A program made the position numbers and the translations under genes. Positions 56,255 through 64,000 of a stretch of DNA of 64,000 bases are shown here, in pieces. The notes below the pieces were generated by a model, which was given only the letters and a program-made list of their open reading frames with translations, was not told the DNA's origin and made no database searches. Each line of letters opens with the position of its first letter. Positions within the stretch are counted from its first letter, which is position 1. Origin of the DNA: Candidatus Latescibacterota bacterium (lineage in GTDB: Bacteria > Latescibacterota > UBA2968 > UBA8231); contig CBDCXV010000011.1 in assembly GCA_965223905.1 (NCBI GenBank), positions 800,001 to 864,000 on the forward strand, written 5' to 3'.

Positions 56255-56740
56255 CTACTCGGCGGCCGTCGCCTTGACCTCGGCCCAGCTCACGGCCTCG
56301 ACGGCGGTGGCCGCCTGCGGAGCGATCAAGCTGACGGTCGTCATCGGCGACGAAACCCATTCGCCGTGGACATCGACGTCGGCGGTTACGCCCCAGCCCG
56401 TGGGCTCGGCATCTCCCGTCCCCATGACCACGCGCTGAACCTCGCTGTGGAGCACGGCATCCACCGTGACCAGCGGCACGAAGGAAGGCCGTAGCTCGTC
56501 GAGCTCGACCACCTCTCCACTGGGATCGACCTGGTGGTCGACGAGAATCTCCCAGTAGATCGTGTAGCGCGTCACCTCTTCGACCGAATCCCACATGATC
56601 AGCATGAACTGTTCCTGCTGGTGTCCGTAGGGTTCGGCGACGACTTGGGAGGGCGCCGGAACGTCGGAACTCGGGCACTGCCCCCAGGCCGCGCCCGCGA
56701 AGGCGAGAACGACGCCTGCTATCAGCATCCGTTTCTCCAT
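56255..56740 (-). CDS. Secreted hypothetical protein with C-terminal TAVEAVSWAEVK tail
   Basis: Signal peptide MEKRMLIAGVVLAFAGAAWG and AGGAGGT RBS. Confidence 0.75.
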   Translation of the reverse strand: MEKRMLIAGVVLAFAGAAWGQCPSSDVPAPSQVVAEPYGHQQEQFMLIMWDSVEEVTRYTIYWEILVDHQVDPSGEVVELDELRPSFVPLVTVDAVLHSEVQRVVMGTGDAEPTGWGVTADVDVHGEWVSSPMTTVSLIAPQAATAVEAVSWAEVKATAAE

Positions 56741-57057
56741 GAGATCACCTCCTTGAAAAGAGGATACCATCTGCCCCTAACTGTACCGTTGTTTTACACA
56801 ATATCCAAGGGATAAAATGTTCCCCTTGACACCGACTCCCCCGTGACAGGGCACGCCCCCATCCAAGATGAGGTTCGACGGCTACTGGCTCCCCGGAATT
56901 GCCGCCAAATGCAACCTCGGACGAGCCATTGCACCGCCTCTTTTCAGGCACGCAGGCGGGTGCTCAGGGGACGGCATCGCCTCATACCGGCAGAAAGGCT
57001 GCTCTCCCCCGCGCCTTTCTTTTGGATCGGCGTTCCCCGGTTCTATCTTAACCGCTC

Positions 57058-57966
57058 ATGAATCCCTCCTGCCTGGCCCATTGCCTGACCGATTCGGAGC
57101 GCACCCAGTTCGAGGAACAGGGCTACCTCGTCGTTCCCGACGCCCTGCCGCCCGACCGCACCGAGGCCCTCCGGCATGCCTGCGACCGCCTGATGACCGA
57201 GAAGCAGGGCACCTATGGATTCGGGCCGCACGATGCCTTCGACATTCCCGACATAATCGGCGAAGACCCCCTGTTCCTGGAACTGATCGACTGGGAGACC
57301 ACCTTCCCCAAGGTTTGGGGAATACTCGGCTGGAACATCTGCATCTACCACTCCGGCCTGTTGGTGACCCCCCCGGGCGACCCGGACCGGCTGCGGTCGG
57401 CCCCCACCGTGGCCTGGCACCAGGACAGCATGCGGGTGAACGACGAAATCGAGGCTACGCCGCGCCCGCGGCTTTCCATCAAGATCTTCTTCTTCGTCAG
57501 CGACATGTCCGAAACCGGCCGCGGCAACACGCTTATCGTCCCGGGATCGCACCTGCACGACGAAATCGACGTCCCCGAAGACGGCCGCTCCAGCCCGGAG
57601 GGGGCGATTCCCCTGTGCGTGCCGCCCGGCACCTCCGTCATCATCGACCGCCGCATCTGGCACAGCCGCAGCGTCAACAGCTGGCACGATACGCGCAAGA
57701 TGCTGATGATGGGCTACAGCTACCGCTGGCTGCTGCCGAAGGACCACATGACCGTCGAGCACCTCTACCCCGGCCTCGACCCGATCCGGCGGCAGCTGCT
57801 CCGCGACAACCCGAGCAACAACAGCACGTACGCGCCCGAAAAGGGCGAAGCCCCGCTGCGGGAATGGCTCGAGGAGCACCACCCCGCCGACGCCGCATGG
57901 ACAACGGGAAATCGGCGCCGGCAGTCCTACCTCCCGGCCATGCCCGGGGTCAAGGCGGCCCGGTGA
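57058..57966 (+). CDS. PhyH-family Fe/2OG dioxygenase
   Basis: Motifs FEEQGYLVV, WHQDS, IVPGSH and IWHSRS. Confidence 0.9.
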   Translation: MNPSCLAHCLTDSERTQFEEQGYLVVPDALPPDRTEALRHACDRLMTEKQGTYGFGPHDAFDIPDIIGEDPLFLELIDWETTFPKVWGILGWNICIYHSGLLVTPPGDPDRLRSAPTVAWHQDSMRVNDEIEATPRPRLSIKIFFFVSDMSETGRGNTLIVPGSHLHDEIDVPEDGRSSPEGAIPLCVPPGTSVIIDRRIWHSRSVNSWHDTRKMLMMGYSYRWLLPKDHMTVEHLYPGLDPIRRQLLRDNPSNNSTYAPEKGEAPLREWLEEHHPADAAWTTGNRRRQSYLPAMPGVKAAR

Positions 57967-58015
57967 TCCACCGGCGGGCAATCCCGGCACTGCCTCGACA
58001 AATCGAAAGATGGAA

Positions 58016-59762
58016 ATGGCAACGGAAAACGGTTGGACCAGAGTAGCGGCTTTTAAAGAGCTATAACCGGGAGGCGCCAAGGCCGTCCGGGTCGGCCAAG
58101 GGCGCAGCCTCGCCCTGTTCAACGTCGAGGGCCGCATTTACGCCACCGACAACCAGTGTCCCCACATGGGCTACCCCCTCACCAGGGGGATCGCCCGCGG
58201 AGGCGTCCTCACCTGCGACTGGCACGGGTACAGCTACGACATGGCGGGCGGTGGCTGCTTTACGGGGGGCTGCGACGATCTCGACACCTTCCCGGTGCAG
58301 GTGCGGGACGGGGCTGTCTTCGTCGACGTGGCCAGCGGCGGCTCGAAGCGCCCCGACGCCCACTTCCTGCTGCTGCAGGAGGGTCTCAACAACGGCGACA
58401 GCTGGACGCTGTCGAAGGCGATCGCCATCCTGCTGGCCAAGGGTGTGTCTGAGCGGGAAACCCTGGAGCTGATCGTGCGCCACATGGGCCGGCACATCAC
58501 CACCCACCGGCACGAGAACGGGGGCCACGACGTCGCCCAGTTCGTCAACGGGTTGAACGTGGCGCGGCGCTACGAGCCGAAGGACCGCCTGATCCCGCTG
58601 ATGATGGCAGCCTCGGCCGCCGCGGGAACGGCCGGGGACCGCCCTCAGGTGGAACCTCTGCCGCCGCCGGTCGACTGGCCGAAGCTCGCCGGATGGGTTC
58701 GCTTCTTCGCTTCCGACAAGATGCCTGAGGGGATCGAGAAGTGCCTGATAACCGCGCGCCGCCTGCAGGGTCACGACGGCGCCATCGTTCCCCTGCTGCT
58801 GGAGTGCGCGGTGCTGCCCCACTTCCTGGGGCAACAGGACAACCTGAGGAACCTCACCCATCTCGCCGAGCTGCTCGACGAGTTCGGATGGGATCTGAGC
58901 GAGGAGCTGGTCTGCAACCTCGCCGGAAAGATGCTCGGCCGCGGCCGGCCCGTTCCGATGGACGTGCTGCGCGAGGCCATGGATCTGTTCACCGCCGCCG
59001 ATGCAGTGATCGAAGAGGCATCGAAGCAGGGCGGGGGCGGGGATTTCGACGAGAACGCATTTTCCGATGCCCTGGTGAGCGGGGATATCGCCACGACCTT
59101 CGGGGCCGTTTCCGAGGTCTTGAGACAGGGGGCCTCGATAGACCGGATCGCCACGACCATGGTGCTGCTGGCGGCCGACCGCATGGCGCGCACGCCGGTC
59201 GGCATGAGCCCTGGCTGGCACGACCTGGCATGGGAAATGGCTCTGGGTTCGAGCCTCAGGTCAATTGAGAAACAGGCCGGTTTCGCCATTGCCGCGCGCG
59301 CCTGCTATCACGCGGCCTGGCGCTTCTTCGACAACCGCTGGCTCAACATCGACCAGGAAACTACCGGAGCTCCCCGGCCGCGATTCCGAACCGGAACCGT
59401 CGGAGAGCGCCGCATGCGATGGGGCGCTGCAGGCCATCCTCGAGGCGGTCGAGTCGATCCGGATCCGCGACATCGGGCGCATGACCCGCGACTACCTCAA
59501 CAGCGGTCACTCCGGGAACCGGCTGCTGTCCGAGCTCGGCCTGACCATTCTCAAGGACGACAACGGCTGGTCGCTGCTGCACACGCTGCGCACCGTGTTC
59601 GACGAGTGGGAGCACTGCGCAGGGCATCCGGCCCGGGGCCAGCTTCTGGTCGGCCTGGCCCGCTGGGCGACAGACGCCCGCCGCAGCATCGGCTCCCAGT
59701 CGGCCGCGCAGACGGCGCAGCGTTTTGCCCGCGGGGAGACCGCGGTCGAGCTGTACGATTAA
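58016..59762 (+). pseudogene. Rieske [2Fe-2S] domain protein with large helical C-terminus; in-frame TAA and a frameshift
   Basis: MATENGWTRVAAFKEL*PGGAKAV...DNQCPHMGYPL...TCDWHG; TAA at 58064-58066; frame change near 59360. Confidence 0.78.
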
Positions 59763-59819
59763 CACAGCCGGCGGCGTCCGCTGCGCAGACTCCCTGCCCT
59801 GCTCAAGAATCCAGCCGAA

Positions 59820-59975
59820 TACACCCTCGCACCGGAGGATTCATCGCCTCCATGGGACGGCCACGGACGGAAAACAGGCGGACTCCTGCCCCCGGGCCTT
59901 TACCTGCTGCGCCTTACCGTGAAGGCGGACTCCGGAACCGATACCGCGGTAGCCTCCTTTCCGCTGATCTACTGA
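59820..59975 (+). pseudogene. Orphan FlgD-Ig-like C-terminal domain remnant
   Basis: Translates as ...WDGHGRKTGGLLPPGLYLLRLTVKADSGTDTAVASFPLIY* with no upstream gene body. Confidence 0.55.
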
Positions 59976-60167
59976 ACCGCGCGAGCGCCCCGCTCATTGT
60001 TGCGATCCGGTTACGAATCGCCGGGGCACTACGTCCTTTGCGGTACCCCGCACAGTCCCCTTGGCGACACGCAATCGTCCCAATTCCGTAACTCTCCCTC
60101 CATCGCTGCCGCTTACCATTCTGAAGCTGTGGGATCCACTTCATCCCCTGGGAGAAATCACCTCGTC

Positions 60168-61430
60168 ATGCGACAGAATCAGAGATCGATCCGGATATTC
60201 GGCGCCCTGCTTGTAGACGCCCTGCTTCCCATCGCCGGGCCCTCCGAAATGCGCGCACAAACCGGTATTGTAGCCGGCGACGACGTCGACGGCGAAACGG
60301 GAGACCCGCTCGTCGGTGCGTACGTCTTCCTCAAGGAGACCGGGTTCGGCAGGTGACCGGAATCGAGGGGGACTTCAGGATCCCCTACGTCCCGGCCGGC
60401 ACCCACGAGGTCGAAAGCTCGACGATCGGCTACAACACCGTGACCGTAACCGAGGCCGTGGTCGCAGTCGGCGAGGTTCTGCGCCTCGATCTCGTCCTGA
60501 CCTCGGAGGCGAATCGCCGTCGACGAGGTGGTCGTCGAGGTCCGCCCTGCGCAACACCGAAGCATCCCTGCTCAAGGAGCGTCAGAAAGCCCCGGCGGTG
60601 AGCGATGCGATCAGCTCCGAGGACATCTCCCGCGCCGGCAGCGGCGCCGCCGCCGAAGCCATGTCCCACGTTACCGGGGCACCGGTGATGGAAGGGAAGT
60701 ATGTCTACATCCGCGGGCTCGGCGATCGCTACAGTACCGTGCAGCTGAACGGCGCCGAACTCCCCAGCGCCGACCCCAACCGCCGCGCCGTGCCGATGGA
60801 CCTGTTCCCCTCCAGCATGCTGGAGAACATCGTCACCGTCAAAAGCTTCACTCCCGACAAGCCGGGCAACTTCACCGGCGGCGCCGTCAACATCGGCACC
60901 CGCTCTTTCCCCGACGCCTTCACTCTGTCGATCTCCGCGTCGACGACCTTCAATACCCAGAGCAGCTTCGAGAGCGGTTTTCTCACCTATGACGGCGGCA
61001 GCTACGACTGGCTCGGCATGGACGACGGAACCCCCGACCTGCCGGATCAGCTTGTCGATGAAGGGATCGAAATCCCCGACATCGGCGAGGCCTTCGGAGA
61101 CCTTCAAATCGCCGAAGAGCTCGACCAGCGCTTTCCGAGTCGTTCTCGCCGACCATGGCGCCCGAGACGCTGCGCGCCCAGCTCAGCAACAGCAACTCGT
61201 TTGCCGTCCGCAACCAGGTCACCCTGCTCGGGAAGCCCCTCGGATTCCTGGGAAGCATCAGCTACAACCGCAAGCTGGCGCACTACGATGGCGGCAAGTC
61301 CGGCCGCTGGCAGTTGACCGGCAGCGTCGAGAGCGTCGAAGGGCTGACCAACAACTTCCTGCTGACGACACGCGCAGCGCCGAAGAGGTGCTCTGGGGCA
61401 GCCTGCTCAGCGCCACCTACCGGTTCCGCC
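60168..61430 (+). pseudogene. TonB-dependent receptor, N-terminal fragment (CarboxypepD_reg-like domain, plug, start of barrel)
   Basis: DGETGDPLVGAYV, IGYNTVTV, YVYIRGLGDRYSTVQLNG, VPMDLFPS and KSFTPDKPGNFTGGAVNI; internal stop and several frameshifts. Confidence 0.85.
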
Positions 61431-62044
61431 CCTCTGGTGGGGCTTCGGCTTCGGGTAACACCCTGGAAGCGATCGCCCCGGACGACTGGACTCGGGAACA
61501 TCTGGTGGCAAACGGCAACGAAGTCGTCGACCCCCAGCTGACCGGAATCTCCCGCACCAACGACGGCGGCCTCGACCCCCGCCCGATGTCCGGCAGCCCT
61601 GCCCTGTCAGGCGCCGGGGTGCCTCCGGATGACGGTTTCTTCCAGGCAGTCGGCTATCGCGGGGCCTTCGATGCCGACAATCTCTGGGTGGCCGGCTGGA
61701 CCTTTCTCGACGACCTCGGAATCCTCGTTCAGGGCGTAGCCACTGTCGTCGCTTCCGAGAGCGCCCTCACCGATGTGCCGTCCGATTTCTCCCTGGTTCA
61801 GAACTATCCCAATCCCTGGAACCCGTCCACTACCATCAGCTACTCGCTCCCGCAGCCAGGAGAGGTCCGGATCAATCTCTACAACGCCCTCGGCCAGCAC
61901 ATCGGCACCCTGGTCAGCGGCTTTCGCCAGGCGGGAACCTACCGGGTCGAGCTCAGTGGCGACGGCCGCTCCAGCGGCACCTATTTCTACCGTCTGCAGT
62001 CTCCTGCCGGTATCGAGACCCGCAGCATGACACTGTTGAAGTAA
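61431..62044 (+). pseudogene. C-terminal fragment of a secreted protein with T9SS type A sorting domain
   Basis: LDPRP..GSPAL...YRGAFD..NLWVAGWT, then FSLVQNYPNPWNPSTTISY...YNALGQ...SSGTYFYRL...MTLLK. Confidence 0.8.
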
Positions 62045-62248
62045 TCACGGTTCACGATTCCTCTCCTCCCCCTGAGGGTCCTCCCCTCAAGGAGGAATCG
62101 GGTACGGCCGGTCCCGGGCTTCACTCCGGGGTCGGCCTCTTTCATGTACGGGGGCGCTACTTGCAATCGTTGACCGCGAGTCCCAGGTACGGGTATCGGT
62201 CACGCCGATATCTTGACACCTGTGCGCCATGGCCCCAACCTGATCGCC

Positions 62249-62770
62249 ATGGAAAAATTGGTGCCGATGAAGCTCGGGGCGGTCCTCGCCTTGCTCGCCC
62301 TCTGCTACGGCTTCGGATTGGGAGGTGTGTTCGGGGCCTTCGAAGAGGACATCAAGGCCCATCTCAAGGCCGAAGGGGAAGCGGTTCTTTCCCAAGCCTA
62401 CGGGGGCGACACCACAAAGATGCAGAAAGTCGCCGACAAGTCCTGGGTCTACTTCAAGCGCGCCCACCTGCACGCCAACGGCCTGGGAACGGCCGCGCTC
62501 GCACTCATTCTCCTGCTCGCATACCTACCGGCCTCCTCCTCGACAAAAAGGCTGGCCGCCCTAGCCCTTGGCGCAGGGGCCGTCCTGTATCCGCTGTTCT
62601 GGATGTGGGCCGGGCTGAGAGCCCCCGGGATGGGCGGCACCGGCGCCGCCAAGGCTTCACTGCAATGGCTGGCGGTGCCCTCGGCGGGCCTGTGCATCCT
62701 CGGTCTGCTGTGGGTGCTGGCCGTCGCCCTGAAGGGCTTTTTCGCATCGCCGCAAGCCGCCGGCGACTGA
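62249..62770 (+). CDS. Hypothetical membrane protein (about 4 transmembrane helices)
   Basis: Hydrophobic helices and a FKRAHLHANGLG motif; start is uncertain. Confidence 0.7.
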   Translation: MEKLVPMKLGAVLALLALCYGFGLGGVFGAFEEDIKAHLKAEGEAVLSQAYGGDTTKMQKVADKSWVYFKRAHLHANGLGTAALALILLLAYLPASSSTKRLAALALGAGAVLYPLFWMWAGLRAPGMGGTGAAKASLQWLAVPSAGLCILGLLWVLAVALKGFFASPQAAGD

Positions 62771-62852
62771 CTCAGGAGAAGATGATCGCCGCGTCCGCGA
62801 TGGAGATCGCGCAATCTTCGAACTCCGTGCCTGATCCGGAAGCCAGGCAAGC

Positions 62853-63644
62853 CTAACTTCCCGGATGGACCGTTCGTTCCCGGCGGGGATCGGCTGCCAC
62901 CTCCGAGTAGAACAGGCGCTGGGCGGGCGTCATCCGTTCAAGCGCTTCCCTGGGAGGCCAGAAAGCTCGCCACTTCATCCCTGCGTGGTTGTACTTGTAG
63001 AACAGATTCACGCGATCGCGGTCGCTGTTCCAGGGAGAAGCACCGTGGGCCAGCGCCTCGGTGAAAATGACGACCGAACCGGCCTTGCACCGCACGTACC
63101 GCAGCGCCGGGTTGTCGATCCTGCCATCCTTGAAACGGCACATGTCATCCGGAGTGGGAAAGTGCGAGTTGTGGCTGCCGGGAACGCAGATGAATCCGCC
63201 TTCCTCCTCGCTTGCGTCGGTCAGGTTGAAGGCCACGACAGTGTGGCCGGCGAAGATCTGCCCGTTGAAATGGCGATACATGAAATTGGGGTCCACGCCA
63301 CCGCCACCTCCGTGCAGATCCAGGCCACCGAACCCTTTGCGGCGAATCAGTGCATAGGTGACTTCCAGCCGCAACTGCGGACTGATGATTTCGTTGAGGA
63401 TGTCGATGACAGGGGCGAGGTCGATCAGGTCTGCAAAGATCGAGCCTATGCTGGTCAGATCTCCGACCCCGGTCTCGCCGGGCTCCGGTTCATAGTGGTT
63501 GACCCCCCTGGGCAGCTTGTCGCGGGGAGTGTCAATGACCTCGTGGAGGGCGTCGATCAACCGTTTGCAGTGGTCGCGTGAGAGCACGTCCTCGACTACG
63601 AGATAGCCGGCGACATCGAAAAGGTACCTCTGCTCCTCGGTCAT
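62853..63644 (-). CDS. PhyH-family Fe/2OG enzyme with H-x-G first metal motif
   Basis: Motifs QRYLFDVAGYLVV, LHGGG, GGFICVPGSH, IFTEALAHG and R.NLFYKY. Confidence 0.88.
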   Translation of the reverse strand: MTEEQRYLFDVAGYLVVEDVLSRDHCKRLIDALHEVIDTPRDKLPRGVNHYEPEPGETGVGDLTSIGSIFADLIDLAPVIDILNEIISPQLRLEVTYALIRRKGFGGLDLHGGGGGVDPNFMYRHFNGQIFAGHTVVAFNLTDASEEEGGFICVPGSHNSHFPTPDDMCRFKDGRIDNPALRYVRCKAGSVVIFTEALAHGASPWNSDRDRVNLFYKYNHAGMKWRAFWPPREALERMTPAQRLFYSEVAADPRRERTVHPGS

Positions 63645-63650
63645 GAATCA

Positions 63651-64000
63651 TCACCTACCGTTCCGAGTGGGGCCGGGTATTGCGTGCCTTCGGGCCCCGA
63701 GGACCTCGCGGACGACCTGCGCCACCGCCTCGATATCGCCGTCGTCGACCCCGTGATGAGTTATGAACTTGACGGCGCCGTTATCGAGCACGCTCACCCC
63801 GACTCCTCGAGCGGACACACGCTCGGTGAACTCCTCCGGCGTCATGCAGCCGATCTCCACGCGCACGATGTTGGTCTGAACCGTCTCCATATCCACGCCA
63901 ATGCCGTCCATGGAGGACAGCAGCCCGGCAAGACGCCGGGCCCGCGTGTGATCCTCCGCGAGTCTGGGGATCATGGTCTCGAGGGCGACGATGGCGGCGG
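63651..64000 (-). CDS. ltaE: Low-specificity L-threonine aldolase, C-terminal part (runs off the window)
   Basis: Motifs RLAEDHTRARRLA, VQTNIV and KFITHHGVDDGDI. Confidence 0.8.
   Translation of the reverse strand, partial: AAIVALETMIPRLAEDHTRARRLAGLLSSMDGIGVDMETVQTNIVRVEIGCMTPEEFTERVSARGVGVSVLDNGAVKFITHHGVDDGDIEAVAQVVREVLGARRHAIPGPTRNGR

Noticed and set aside
58064-58066. Stop-codon recoding to explain in-frame stops (TAA here, TGA at ~60354)
   Set aside because: TAA, TAG and TGA all terminate conserved genes in this window, and both affected genes also have frameshifts.

Overview
GC-rich bacterial chromosomal segment. T9SS/FlgD-type C-terminal domains, a SWxxVK-type tail and four PhyH dioxygenases suggest an FCB-group lineage such as Latescibacterota; this is inference only. 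Bases 1-4.3 kb are a mobile-element hotspot: an IS3 end, an IS630 element, and a ~153-bp MITE inside a 2-hydroxyacid dehydrogenase gene. The MITE carries two NrdR-box-like operators 32 bp apart. Bases 5-42 kb hold intact, largely housekeeping genes: a stand-alone rplC, pcm, rlpA, the carB-TPR-pyrK-pyrD cluster, the nnr cluster, a nitrite/sulfite reductase with a partner gene and ferredoxin, E1 alpha/beta, uvrB, and dnaK behind a sigma54-type promoter. Bases 39-64 kb are accessory catabolic genes (dehydrogenases, aldolase, GH42, PhyH dioxygenases, MFS, lactonase, FBPase, a DUF59 fusion, a Rieske protein, a TonB-receptor/T9SS-cargo chimera); several are frameshifted or decayed. No rRNA, tRNA or CRISPR array was seen. 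All calls come from motif recognition by eye, without database searches.
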